This document shows positions 17,333 to 26,878 of a stretch of 64,000 nucleotides of DNA, piece after piece. The DNA comes from Vicinamibacterales bacterium. GTDB lineage: Bacteria > Acidobacteriota > Vicinamibacteria > Vicinamibacterales > UBA2999. The notes under the pieces were generated by a model. It did not search any database. It was not told the origin of the DNA and saw nothing but the letters and a program-made list of their open reading frames with translations. The stretch covers positions 12,072 to 76,071 of the forward strand of contig DASRJE010000193.1 in assembly GCA_035649635.1 (NCBI GenBank), written 5' to 3'. The first letter of the stretch is position 1. The number at the start of each line of letters is the position of its first letter. The position numbers were made by a program, and so were the translations under genes.

Positions 17333-19881
17333 TGCGTTTCTACCGCCTTCTCCTGCGTTTGTATCCAGCCTCGTTCCGCGCCGAGTACGGCGACGAGATG
17401 TGTGCGGTCTTCGCGGCACGACGTCGTGAAGTGAATCCAATCGCGCTCTGGGCTGATGCCATTACCGACGTGATCATCAACGCGGTTCGCGTCCATCTCA
17501 GCCTGTTACAAGACGATCTTCGCTGGGCCGCGCGCGTCCTGTGGAAGTCGCCCGGGTTCACGCTGACGGCAGTACTCGTCGCGAGCCTGGGCATGGGCGC
17601 AACGACGGCCGCGTTCACGCTGGTCGATCACGTCCTCTTGAGACCGCTCCCATTTCCCCATCCCGAGCAGCTCGTCACCTTGAACGAGATCGAGCGCGAT
17701 GGTTCGTTCGAGCCTGCGACACCGCCAGGCTTCGACGACTGGCGCGCCATGAACACGAGCTTCAGTTCCGTCGGCGCCTACATCGGAGCGTCCCTCCCGA
17801 TGAACCTCTCCGGCGGCGGTGAACCGCTCCGTCCGAACGTCATCGTCGCCAGCGCTGATGTCTTCAAGACGCTCGAGATCGGTCCAGTCGCAGGACGACC
17901 CCTGACCGCAGACGACGACCGCGACGATTCGTCACCCGTGGCACTTCTCAGCACACCGCTGGCGAACGCGCTCTTCGGCAACCCGACTGCCGCCATCGGT
18001 CGCACGATTCGACTCGACGGCCGTCCGCGCGACATCGTGGGCGTGATGCCGGCAACCTTCGTGTTCCCGTTCCGTGACGCCGACGTGTGGATCCCTCGAC
18101 GCACCTGGGGCTCGAGTCGCAGCAACCACATGCTCGGTGTCGTGGCTCGCCTGCGTCCCGGTGTTTCTCTCGACCAGGCGCGCGCCGATATGAACGTCGT
18201 CGCCGCGCAACTCGAACGAGCCTACCCGAAGGAGAACGCCGGCGTCGGAATTGGCATCCAGCGTATCCGCGACCGCATGTCCCCGCGGACGCGGATGCTA
18301 CCGCTGGCCGTACTCGGCGCCGCGTTCTGCCTGACGTTGATCGGCTGCACGAACCTCGCGAGCCTGCTGTTTGCGCGCGCGACTGGACGACGGCAGGAAA
18401 TGGCCGTCCGGGTCGCCGTCGGGGCCTCGCGCGAGCGGATTGCGCGGCAGTTGTTGACCGAGAGCTTCGTCCTCGCCATTACCGGTGGCGTCATCGGGTT
18501 GCTGCTGGCCGTCGTCGTGACGCCGTGGTTGACGCGGATGGTGCCGGAGGGTCTTCCAATCGGCGCAGTCCCTGAAATCGACTGGCGTGTGTTTGCATTC
18601 GCCGGCGCGCTCACGCTCGTCACGACCATCGCGTTCGGCGTCGGACCAGCGCTGCGCTTATCGAGGGGCGTCGATCTGAGCTGGCTGCGTACTCGATCCG
18701 CCGATGGCGGTCGCTCAACGCGCTTGCGCGCCGCGCTCGTGCTGAGCGAGGTGATCGGAACCGTCGTATTACTGGTCGCCGCAGGCTTGCTGCTCAAGGC
18801 GATGTGGCGTGTTCAGGCGGTCGACACCGGGTTCCGCCCGGAGGGCGTGCTGACACTGAAGACAGTACTTCCCATCTCCGCGCCAGCAGCGTCGCGGCAG
18901 ACGTTCTATTCGCGCGTGCTCGCTGACGCTCGGGCGCTGCCGGGCGTCACCTCGGCTGCGTACATCACCTTCGTGCCAATGACATTTGCGTCGGGCAACT
19001 TTGTCGTGACGGTTCCCGGTGCACTGACGGAGGCACAAGCACATACGCGCTTCGTCACGCCTGACTTTTTCCAGACGCTCGGGATCCCGATGTTGCGCGG
19101 CCGTGACCTGGATGAACGAGATGATCAACCGACATCGCCGCCGGTGGTCGTCATCGGCCGCTCCCTCGCTGACCGCTTGTGGCCGCTTCAGGACGCCATC
19201 GGACAAACGATGACGCTCGCAGAAGTCGACTGGCAAGTTGTCGGAGTCGTAGGCGACGTCGCGGTTCACGGCCTGGAGCAGGTCGCCATTCCACAGGCCT
19301 ATTTCCCAGCGAGCAAGGTGCCGCCCGGATTGAGTTTCTACGCTCCCAAGGACCTGGTGGTACGAACGTCAGGTTCTCCGATCGCGCTCGCGCCGGCGCT
19401 ACGCAGGATCGTTCACGCGATCGATCCCGAGCAGTCAGTCTCTGACGTGCGCACACTTGAAGACGTCGTCGGCGCTCAGACAGCATCACGTCGCGTTCAG
19501 TTCACGGTGCTCGCCGCGTTTGCTGCCGTCGCGGTGCTGCTCGCCGCGGTCGGCATCTACGGCTTGCTCTCGTTCGCCGTCTCGATGCGGACGCGAGAGG
19601 TCGGTGTGCGTATGGCCCTTGGTGCCGGCCGCCGGGATGTTCTGACCATGTTCCTTCGCCAGGGGATAGTGCTTGGTTCGGCTGGCATCATCATCGGCGC
19701 GCCGCTGGCGTACGCAGCCGGCCGTGGGATGACGTCACTTCTCTTCGGCGTTACGCCCGGCGACCCTGTCATTTACGGGGCGGCGGCGCTGTTGGCGATT
19801 CTGATGACGCTGGGCGGGAGTGTCCGCCCGGCGTTCCGCGCAGCGAGCGTGGACCCGGTGATTGCGATTCAATCCGAATAG
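17329..19881 (+). CDS. ADOP-family duplicated MacB/FtsX-like permease
   Basis: ORF 17329..19881, 850 aa, with two MacB_PCD plus FtsX halves (CTNLASLLFARATGRRQEMAVRVAVGASR and MRTREVGVRMALGAGRRDV). Confidence 0.9.
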   Translation: MMRFYRLLLRLYPASFRAEYGDEMCAVFAARRREVNPIALWADAITDVIINAVRVHLSLLQDDLRWAARVLWKSPGFTLTAVLVASLGMGATTAAFTLVDHVLLRPLPFPHPEQLVTLNEIERDGSFEPATPPGFDDWRAMNTSFSSVGAYIGASLPMNLSGGGEPLRPNVIVASADVFKTLEIGPVAGRPLTADDDRDDSSPVALLSTPLANALFGNPTAAIGRTIRLDGRPRDIVGVMPATFVFPFRDADVWIPRRTWGSSRSNHMLGVVARLRPGVSLDQARADMNVVAAQLERAYPKENAGVGIGIQRIRDRMSPRTRMLPLAVLGAAFCLTLIGCTNLASLLFARATGRRQEMAVRVAVGASRERIARQLLTESFVLAITGGVIGLLLAVVVTPWLTRMVPEGLPIGAVPEIDWRVFAFAGALTLVTTIAFGVGPALRLSRGVDLSWLRTRSADGGRSTRLRAALVLSEVIGTVVLLVAAGLLLKAMWRVQAVDTGFRPEGVLTLKTVLPISAPAASRQTFYSRVLADARALPGVTSAAYITFVPMTFASGNFVVTVPGALTEAQAHTRFVTPDFFQTLGIPMLRGRDLDERDDQPTSPPVVVIGRSLADRLWPLQDAIGQTMTLAEVDWQVVGVVGDVAVHGLEQVAIPQAYFPASKVPPGLSFYAPKDLVVRTSGSPIALAPALRRIVHAIDPEQSVSDVRTLEDVVGAQTASRRVQFTVLAAFAAVAVLLAAVGIYGLLSFAVSMRTREVGVRMALGAGRRDVLTMFLRQGIVLGSAGIIIGAPLAYAAGRGMTSLLFGVTPGDPVIYGAAALLAILMTLGGSVRPAFRAASVDPVIAIQSE

Positions 19882-20015
19882 GCCACGTCGGGGATCTGGC
19901 TGGCCGGCGGACCCCCCCCTCGCGCACACGCAATTCCCCCTCTACGCTTGCACATCACGGTACAATCCGCATTTTGATAACGTCTGTTCTACCTGGCCGT
20001 AAAGGAGGATGAGCT

Positions 20016-21491
20016 GTGGTGAAACGACTGGCTCTAGTCGCAATTTGCTTTTCGTACCTGACTGGGAACGCGCTGGCGCAGGACGCCAAGGCCGTCATCG
20101 CCAACGCGCAGAAAGCATTGGGCGATCCCAAATCCATCACCTACTCGGGATCGGCGAAGGACGTCGCGTTCCAGCAGTGCGGAGCCAATGCCGCCGCGAT
20201 GAACTGCCAGGGAACGCACGATCCGATGCGGCCGATCACCAACTACGTCCGCGTGATCGATCTCGCGGCGCCGGCCTCGCGTCATACGGGCGGGACCAAC
20301 AACATCGGAGCCGGCGGCTCGACGACGGTGACGCCTGGAACCTTCTTCCAGCAGGTCACGCCGCAGCAGGCCGACGTCGCGCAGCCCTGGGGCGGCTCGC
20401 TCGAGCTCTACATCACGCCGTGGGGGTTCCTGAAAGGCGCGGCCGACAACAACGCGATGGCACGCCGCAGTGGCAAGTTCACGGTCGTGTCGTGGAGCCC
20501 GAAAGTGATGGCGCCGTCCGGCAAGCCGTATGTCATCAACGGCTACGTTGACGAAAAGAACATGATCGACCACGTCGAGACGTGGCTCGGTGAGAACATC
20601 ATGGGCGACATGCACATCGTCTCCACTTACACCGGGTGGAAGGATTTCGGCGGCGCGATGGCGCCAGCGAAGATCGTGCAGACGCGCGGTGGATTGCCGT
20701 TCTTCGAAGTCGATGTCACGGGCGCGAAAGTCAACCCGCCTGACGTGGCGGCGCTGGCTCCGGCACCGGCGCCACCGGCCGGCCGTGGCGGCGGCCCACC
20801 CGCGGGCGGAGGTCCGGGCGGCGCACCGGCGCTCACCGTGACGTCTGAAAAACTCGGCGAAGGGCTCTACAGGTTGACCACCGGACCCGGCAGCTACGAC
20901 TCAGTGATCGTGGAGTTCAGGGACTACGTGATGATGCTCGAGGCCGGGCAGTCCGAGGCGCGTGGCTTGGCGTATATCGCTGAGACGAAGAAGCTCATTC
21001 CCAACAAGCCGATTCGCTACGTGATGAACACGCATCCGCATTCCGATCACACCGGAGGTCTGCCGGCGCTCGTGGCCGAAGGCGCAACGATCATCACGCA
21101 GAAGAACAACGAGGCATTCTTCGACAAGGCACTCAACACGCCGAGAACGCTTCTCAACGACACGCTGGCAAAGAATCCGAAGAAGGCGAAGGTCGAGGCC
21201 GTTGCCGAGAAGAAGGTCTACTCGGATGGCACGCGGACCGTCGAGATGTACCACATCTACCCGGCGCCTCACTCGAATGGCCTGATGGTCGCGTACATCC
21301 CGAAGGAGAAGGTGCTCTTCCAGGGCGATTTCTCGCTGCCTGCTCCAGGGCAGCCGGGCAACGATCATGTCAAAGCCCTCGTGCCGGCGCTCGAAAAGCT
21401 GAAGCTGGTCGACTTCGATCGCTACATCAACGTCCACACGTCCGCGGCTCCGCAGACGAAGGCCGAACTGTGGAAGGCGGCTGGGAAATAG
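20016..21491 (+). CDS. Secreted MBL-fold metallo-hydrolase with an N-terminal extra domain
   Basis: ORF 20016..21491 (GTG start, AGGAGG RBS). It has a signal peptide, a Pro/Gly linker, then NTHPHSDHTGG (HxHxDH). Confidence 0.85.
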   Translation: MVKRLALVAICFSYLTGNALAQDAKAVIANAQKALGDPKSITYSGSAKDVAFQQCGANAAAMNCQGTHDPMRPITNYVRVIDLAAPASRHTGGTNNIGAGGSTTVTPGTFFQQVTPQQADVAQPWGGSLELYITPWGFLKGAADNNAMARRSGKFTVVSWSPKVMAPSGKPYVINGYVDEKNMIDHVETWLGENIMGDMHIVSTYTGWKDFGGAMAPAKIVQTRGGLPFFEVDVTGAKVNPPDVAALAPAPAPPAGRGGGPPAGGGPGGAPALTVTSEKLGEGLYRLTTGPGSYDSVIVEFRDYVMMLEAGQSEARGLAYIAETKKLIPNKPIRYVMNTHPHSDHTGGLPALVAEGATIITQKNNEAFFDKALNTPRTLLNDTLAKNPKKAKVEAVAEKKVYSDGTRTVEMYHIYPAPHSNGLMVAYIPKEKVLFQGDFSLPAPGQPGNDHVKALVPALEKLKLVDFDRYINVHTSAAPQTKAELWKAAGK

Positions 21492-21531
21492 CAGAACCTG
21501 AAGTGGACAGAGGCGGGTTTTAGGATCCGCC

Positions 21532-22617
21532 TCAACCGCCAATGATCAGGTGTGAGTCACCGAACTCGTGCCACAGGTACCCGGCCTCCTGCGCCTCGCG
21601 GTAGGCGCGAAGGAGGTGGAACAACGATCGCCCGCCCGCGGCCACAATCACTTGTTCAACCATCGCGAGGTGCGTTGCCTGCGGTTCGTGGAAGCCAGTG
21701 ATCATGCCGTTCACCGAGCGCAGCGGTCGTCCGGGACCAATCACGAGATTGGTCCATCCCTCGCCCGGGGAGACCCGTCCCCGGATGTCGGTGACGGTCT
21801 CGAGCGCGCGCACGACTGTCGTACCGACGGCAACGACTCGATGACCCGCGCTCTTCGCGGCGTTGACGCGGTCGGCCGTCTCCGGCGGCACGCGATAGAA
21901 CTCCTCATACGGTGGCTCGTGATCTTCGAGGCTCGCCACGCCCGTGTGCAGCAACAGCGGCGCGACCTGAATGCCGCTCGCCACGAGCCGCGTCACCAGC
22001 TCGGGAGTGAACGGCCGCGCCGCCGACGGCATCTCCGCGCTTCCGGGCTCAGTTGCGAAGACGGTCTGGTACATCGATTCCGGCCAGGGTAGCGGGACGT
22101 AGTTGTATCGAATCGGGTTGCCAAATCGTTCGAGATACGACAGCACCGGTTCTGCAAGATCAAGCGCCGCCATCCACAATCGCGACTGCGCTTCCAGTCC
22201 GCCGACGAACGGGTAGGGCGCGAGGAGAGTCATGCGGCCGCCACCTTCGAGTTCAAACAGCGTTCCCGCGCGCATGTCGCGACAGGGAAGCGAAGCGACC
22301 GGCCCCGGACGTCGAACCTCGATCACCCAGAAGTTTCCCGGCAGGCGTGTCGAAAGATGCAACTCGAATCGATCGTCGTCGCGGGTTCTTCCCGTCAGCG
22401 CTGCTTTCAACGTGCCGCTGGTGTTGACGACCAGAAGATCGCCCGGGGCCAGCCACTGCGGCAACTCTCGGAACCTCGAATGAGCAACTGAGTCAGTGTC
22501 GACATGTGAGACGAGCAGGCGGACCTCGTCTCTCCTCAGCCCGCGCGCCTCGGGCGGTTCGGTTGCCTCGAGACGCGCCGGCAACGTGAGGGCGTCGATC
22601 ACGCCTGCTGGAGCCAT
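21532..22617 (-). CDS. QueA-like S-adenosylmethionine:tRNA ribosyltransferase-isomerase family protein (divergent paralogue)
   Basis: ORF 21532..22617. LLVVNTSGT, MYQTVFATEPGSAEMPSAARPF, VVAVGTTVVRALE and ITGFHEPQATHL align with QueA landmarks (YQTVY, AVGTT, TNFHLP). It overlaps the SDR gene by 19 nt. Confidence 0.75.
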   Translation of the reverse strand: MAPAGVIDALTLPARLEATEPPEARGLRRDEVRLLVSHVDTDSVAHSRFRELPQWLAPGDLLVVNTSGTLKAALTGRTRDDDRFELHLSTRLPGNFWVIEVRRPGPVASLPCRDMRAGTLFELEGGGRMTLLAPYPFVGGLEAQSRLWMAALDLAEPVLSYLERFGNPIRYNYVPLPWPESMYQTVFATEPGSAEMPSAARPFTPELVTRLVASGIQVAPLLLHTGVASLEDHEPPYEEFYRVPPETADRVNAAKSAGHRVVAVGTTVVRALETVTDIRGRVSPGEGWTNLVIGPGRPLRSVNGMITGFHEPQATHLAMVEQVIVAAGGRSLFHLLRAYREAQEAGYLWHEFGDSHLIIGG

Positions 22618-23327
22618 CGCGCGTCCTCGTGTTGGGCTGCGAACCGCTGGCCACGAACAGCGTCCGGATCCTGGTCGAACAGCCAGTTCCAGAATGGCGC
22701 CGTGATCTCTGGCAGTGGTCGGTCGGAGATGTCGTCGTTGGGAAACGCCTCCTGGTGCATCCGCGTCCGCATATCGCCCGGATCCACCAGAACGGCGGAT
22801 ACGCCTTGTTCACGCAGTTCGGAGGCCAGCGTCCTCGTCACCAGCTCCAGCGCGGCCTTGGTGGCGCCGTAAGGTCCCCACCCGGGATAGGCCGCCGTGG
22901 CGGCATCGCTGGTGATGTTGACAATCAGTCCGCGCCTTTCGGCCAGCAGCGGCAGGGCCAATTGCATTAACACCAATGGCGCCCCGACGTTCACCGGGAA
23001 CAAACGGCCGAAACGCGGTACATCGAACGTCGATAGCGGTCCGATCGGGCCGAGCTCGGAGGCGTTGTTGACGAGCAGGTTCAGCCCACCCAACCGCCGA
23101 GCCGCGTCAATCAGGTTGACGCGTACCTGCGCATCCGTAATGTCGCCTGCTATCGGCAGCACATCGGGCGCCTGCGCCGAAAGTTCCGCGGCGGCAGCCG
23201 TCAGGGCATCCCGATCGCGGCCGCCGATCACGAGGCCGTATCCACGCCTTCCCAGGACGCCGGCAATGACACGCCCGAGCCCGCGACTGGCGCCGGTGAT
23301 CAGGGCGATACGAGTCGATTCAGTCAT
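22599..23327 (-). CDS. SDR-family oxidoreductase
   Basis: ORF 22599..23327. ALITGASRGLG (TGxxxGxG), NNAS, YGATKAAL (YxxxK). Confidence 0.9.
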   Translation of the reverse strand: MTESTRIALITGASRGLGRVIAGVLGRRGYGLVIGGRDRDALTAAAAELSAQAPDVLPIAGDITDAQVRVNLIDAARRLGGLNLLVNNASELGPIGPLSTFDVPRFGRLFPVNVGAPLVLMQLALPLLAERRGLIVNITSDAATAAYPGWGPYGATKAALELVTRTLASELREQGVSAVLVDPGDMRTRMHQEAFPNDDISDRPLPEITAPFWNWLFDQDPDAVRGQRFAAQHEDARWLQQA

Positions 23328-23359
23328 GAGTGTTTCTCACCTCCAACCAGCACGGATCA

Positions 23360-23390
23360 AGCATCGAACTTCAAGTGCACTTGAAGTCAA
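23360..23390 (-). promoter_or_regulatory. SoxR-type promoter: TTGACT-19 nt-GATGCT with a perfect 20-bp palindrome ACTTCAAGTGCACTTGAAGT (23368-23387)
   Basis: Read on the minus strand: cgcTTGACTTCAAGTGCACTTGAAGTTCGATGCT. The palindrome fills an over-long 19-bp spacer, as in soxS and other SoxR targets (compare CCTCAAGTTAACTTGAGG). It faces the SDR/QueA-like operon (ATG 23327). Confidence 0.75.
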
Positions 23391-23416
23391 GCGAAAAGCG
23401 GCGCACACTGGTTACC

Positions 23417-23863
23417 GTGGGTGATGCGTTGACGATCGGCGAAGTGGCCAGTCGCAGCGGCGTGGCAACATCCGCGCTGCGCTTCTATGAGGAACAGCGC
23501 TTGATCGCCTCGGAACGGACCGATTCCGGGCACCGCAGGTACCCGCGCACGGTTCTTCGTCTCGTCGCCTTCATCGTGTTCGCACAGAAGGTTGGCTTGT
23601 CGTTGGAGGAAATCCGCGGGGAGCTCGCACGGCTGCCGCGCAACCGCGCGCCGGAACGCGCGGACTGGGCCAAATTGTCGGGGAGCTGGACGAAACGGAT
23701 CGAGGAGCGGATCGCGGAATTGGAACGAATGAAGACGACGCTCACCGAGTGTATCGGCTGCGGATGCCTTTCACTCGACCGCTGCCAGTTTGCGAACCCC
23801 GGCGATCGCGCGGCGCGACGCGGCGCCGGTCCGCGTTACTGGATTCAATCGACGGCCCGCTGA
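23417..23863 (+). CDS. soxR: SoxR, redox-sensitive MerR-family activator
   Basis: ORF 23330..23863 trimmed to GTG 23417. LTIGEVASRSGVATSALRFYEEQRLI is the MerR HTH. The C-terminal CIGCGCLSLDRCQFANP is the SoxR [2Fe-2S] motif. Confidence 0.9.
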   Translation: MGDALTIGEVASRSGVATSALRFYEEQRLIASERTDSGHRRYPRTVLRLVAFIVFAQKVGLSLEEIRGELARLPRNRAPERADWAKLSGSWTKRIEERIAELERMKTTLTECIGCGCLSLDRCQFANPGDRAARRGAGPRYWIQSTAR

Positions 23864-23898
23864 TTCCACGCGGATCACATTTGCTATGCTCCGCCATC

Positions 23899-25071
23899 AT
23901 GCCTTCGTCTGCCGACGTCGTCATCATTGGCGGAGGTGTCGTCGGGTCGGCCGTCGCCTACCATCTGCGTGAAGCCGGGTGCCGGGGCCGGATTGTCGTC
24001 ATCGAACGCGACGACAGCTATTCACGCGCCTCGTCCAATCTGGCAATGGGCGGCATTCGACAACAGTTCACGCTCGAAGCCAGCGTCCGGATGGTCCAAT
24101 ACAGCGTCGGCTTCTATCAGGACCTGGATCGACGCGTTCCCGTTGCCGGCGTGAATTTCCGCCAGCGTGGGTATCTCTTTCTCGCCGACACCGACAGCGC
24201 CGCGCGACTCACGCGACGATACGAGGCGATGCGTTCGGCCGGCGCTCACGTCGCGTGGCTCAGCCGAGACGAGATTCGGCGCAGACTGCCGGATGCTTCA
24301 CTCGACGACATCGAGTTCGGAGTGTTCGGTCCTGAGGACGGCTACGCCAATCCCAAAGCTGTGCTCTTCGCGATGAAGACGATCGCCGAAGATGCGGGCG
24401 CGGAATACGTGCGCGCCGAGGTCCACGCGATCGAGCGGACGAACAACAAAGTGACAGGGGTCGCGTTCGGCGCTGATTCGATCGATACGTCAGTTGTCGT
24501 GAACGCCGCAGGCGCCTTCGCTGGGCGGGTCGCCGAGCTCGCCGGCGTATCGCTGCCGGTGTCGCCAGTGCGTCAGCAGTTGTTCCGCTGCGATCTGCCA
24601 CGTCATTGGGAGTACCGGTTTCCGATGGTGATCGACCCCGACGGCGTACACTGGCGGCACGATGATGCGCCCACCGCAGATCGACCCGATCGGATCGTGG
24701 TGGCCAAAACGAAACATCACGAGGTGCCCGGCGAGAACTTCACGTGCGACGACGGCCGATGGCTGAGCGATTTCTTTCCGACTCTCGTCCGTCGCATGCC
24801 GCCTTTTACCGGACTCACGCTCGTCGAAGGATGGGCCGGTCTCTACGAGATGACCCCCGATCACAACCCCATCATCGGCGAACATCCCGAGGCACCCGGG
24901 TTCTTCCTCGCGAACGGATTCAGCGGTCACGGGCTCATGATGGCGCCCGCGACCGGCAAGGCGGTCGCCGAGATCGTCATGACTGGAACGTCGCGCACGA
25001 TCGACATCGGCGTGTTCGCGTACGATCGATATCGCCTGGGTGCGCTCCTCGACGACGAAGCGACGCTGTAG
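23899..25071 (+). CDS. FAD-dependent oxidoreductase (DAO / sarcosine-oxidase-beta-like)
   Basis: ORF 23749..25071 trimmed to ATG 23899. VVIIGGGVVGSAVAYHL is the GxGxxG dinucleotide fold. C-terminal ANGFSGHGLMMAPATG. Confidence 0.85.
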   Translation: MPSSADVVIIGGGVVGSAVAYHLREAGCRGRIVVIERDDSYSRASSNLAMGGIRQQFTLEASVRMVQYSVGFYQDLDRRVPVAGVNFRQRGYLFLADTDSAARLTRRYEAMRSAGAHVAWLSRDEIRRRLPDASLDDIEFGVFGPEDGYANPKAVLFAMKTIAEDAGAEYVRAEVHAIERTNNKVTGVAFGADSIDTSVVVNAAGAFAGRVAELAGVSLPVSPVRQQLFRCDLPRHWEYRFPMVIDPDGVHWRHDDAPTADRPDRIVVAKTKHHEVPGENFTCDDGRWLSDFFPTLVRRMPPFTGLTLVEGWAGLYEMTPDHNPIIGEHPEAPGFFLANGFSGHGLMMAPATGKAVAEIVMTGTSRTIDIGVFAYDRYRLGALLDDEATL

Positions 25072-25087
25072 CAGGTTATTGTCAACA

Positions 25088-25153
25088 CCCAACCTCCAAC
25101 TCCCAAAGCAGCCTGATTGCTTGCTTGGAAGTTGGAAATTGGTAGTTGGGAGG
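25088..25153. terminator. Long imperfect hairpin between convergent genes (possible bidirectional terminator or REP-like element)
   Basis: Left arm cccaacctccaactcccaaagca (25088-25110). Right arm tgcttggaagttggaaattggtagttgggagg (25122-25153). The arm ends pair (CCCAAC/GTTGGG, CCAAC/GTTGG, GCA/TGC) with internal mismatches. Confidence 0.4.
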
Positions 25154-25175
25154 TATCAGTTTAGCCGGTCAGCCT

Positions 25176-25583
25176 TCACTCGCAGTTGATGGACCATGGG
25201 ATTCCGAACTCGTCGACGAGAACGCCAAACCGCCTGGCCCAGAATGTTTCCTGGAGCGGCATCCCTATCGTGGCGTTTTCTGCAAGCGCCTGAAATATCC
25301 GGTCTGCAGCGACTGGGTCGTCCATCTCGAGTATCAGCGAAAAACCCTTCGGTTTCTCGTACTGGTGCGGAAGCGTGTCCCCGCCGTTGATCACGGTATC
25401 GCCGATCTTGAGCGTGGCGTGATAGACCTTGGCGCCCCAGCCGTCAGGTGCCTCGGCCGCCATCGGCGAGTCACCCCACTTGAGCATGTAGCTGATCGTT
25501 CCGTCCAGGGACCGCTCGTAGCGCTTGAACGCAGCCTCGCACTGACCGTTGAAGGAAAGCGAGATGTTCGTATTCAGCTTCAT
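25176..25583 (-). CDS. VOC-superfamily protein (PhnB-like)
   Basis: ORF 25176..25583. ISLSFNGQCEAAFKRYE...ETFWARRFGVLVDEFGIPWSIN is the PhnB-like pattern. Confidence 0.85.
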   Translation of the reverse strand: MKLNTNISLSFNGQCEAAFKRYERSLDGTISYMLKWGDSPMAAEAPDGWGAKVYHATLKIGDTVINGGDTLPHQYEKPKGFSLILEMDDPVAADRIFQALAENATIGMPLQETFWARRFGVLVDEFGIPWSINCE

Positions 25584-25654
25584 CGAATCCCTGCGTTCAA
25601 CCCATTCGGCCGTTCTGCTGACTCGCGGATGAAGCGCTCCTGCAGCCGATTGGG

Positions 25655-26755
25655 CTACTTCGTCCCTGGCGACGTGAGCGGGCCGGCCGGCACCGCTCCC
25701 TTTGCTTCGACCAGGCGACGCGCCAGGTAGTTCGTGACCTGCGCATCTGTCCGCACGGCGGTGAGGTAGGCGGTTCGGAGAAGCTGCTCCTTGCGCCCAC
25801 GCAGCGTCTGCGTGATACCGTCGCGCACCGGTGGCATCGATAAATCACGTTGGCCGGCTTGTTCGTGGGCGACGACGAGCACCAGTGCGTACGCGCCGTT
25901 CGACTGCGCCACGTTCACGGCGCCCGCTTCCTTGTTCAGCACGGCATCGCGCAGCGGCGGCGGAGCCTGTTTGAGCTGCGACAACGGCACGAGGCCCAGG
26001 TCGCCGCCGCGTGGCGCTGAGTCAGGATCCTCCGAATACCCGAGCGCAAGGTCGCGGAAGTCGGCGCCGGCCTTGAGACGTTCCATCAACATCTGAATCT
26101 TTGCGACCGCCGCTTGTGGCGTCGTCGCGTCATCACCGGTCCGGTTGGTGACGCGGGCGTCGCGTACGGGCGTCACCACGATTTGCGCCACGTGATACGA
26201 CTCTTCGGCTACATTGAACTGTGCGCGATTGGCGTTGAAGAAATCGCTCACCTCCTGATCGGTGACCGTGACCTTCGTCCCGACCTCTTGATTGACGACC
26301 TTCTCCGTGAGCAGCTCGCGTCGCAGTCCTTCGCGAATGTCCGCGGGCGTGAGACCACGCCGGCTCACTTCCTGCTGAAATTCGGTGTCGGTGATGTTCT
26401 TCTTTGCGTTCCCGTATGCGGTTTCGAGCTCACTCTCGGGAACTTCGAGTTTGAGCGCCGCGGCCTTGGCCAACAGCAGGTCCTGGACGATCAGATCGTT
26501 CAGCAGTCCAAGCTTGGCCGTCATCTCTTCTTCTGCTGACATGGCCTGCGACGAGTCCCGCACCCGCCGAAAGGCCTTTTCGACGTCGTCGCGTTTGATC
26601 TCGCGGCCGTCGACCACGGCCCACGCATCTGGCGAAGCGGCCGGCGCCGCAGCTGGCGTCGACCGGCACGCGACGGCCGAGCATGCGGCGAGAGCGACCA
26701 GGATAGTAGACAGGGTGAGCTCGGAGCGGAGAGGCGTGCGTCGTGGGCTTCGCAT
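25655..26755 (-). CDS. SurA-N plus PpiC-type peptidyl-prolyl isomerase lipoprotein
   Basis: ORF 25655..26791 trimmed to ATG 26755. Signal LSTILVALAACSAVAC. Contains a SurA-like chaperone region and a parvulin segment (YHVAQIVV...GGDLGLVP). Confidence 0.8.
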   Translation of the reverse strand: MRSPRRTPLRSELTLSTILVALAACSAVACRSTPAAAPAASPDAWAVVDGREIKRDDVEKAFRRVRDSSQAMSAEEEMTAKLGLLNDLIVQDLLLAKAAALKLEVPESELETAYGNAKKNITDTEFQQEVSRRGLTPADIREGLRRELLTEKVVNQEVGTKVTVTDQEVSDFFNANRAQFNVAEESYHVAQIVVTPVRDARVTNRTGDDATTPQAAVAKIQMLMERLKAGADFRDLALGYSEDPDSAPRGGDLGLVPLSQLKQAPPPLRDAVLNKEAGAVNVAQSNGAYALVLVVAHEQAGQRDLSMPPVRDGITQTLRGRKEQLLRTAYLTAVRTDAQVTNYLARRLVEAKGAVPAGPLTSPGTK

Positions 26756-26878
26756 TCGTGGCAGCGTACTCTCTGTTCGCGCCGCGAACAATACTCGGCT
26801 GCACCCTCCTCGTTTCGCCAGGTAATAGCAAGGGTGCGGCTCTCCAGAGCATGCAGAAGATTTCCGGTCCCGTGGAGT

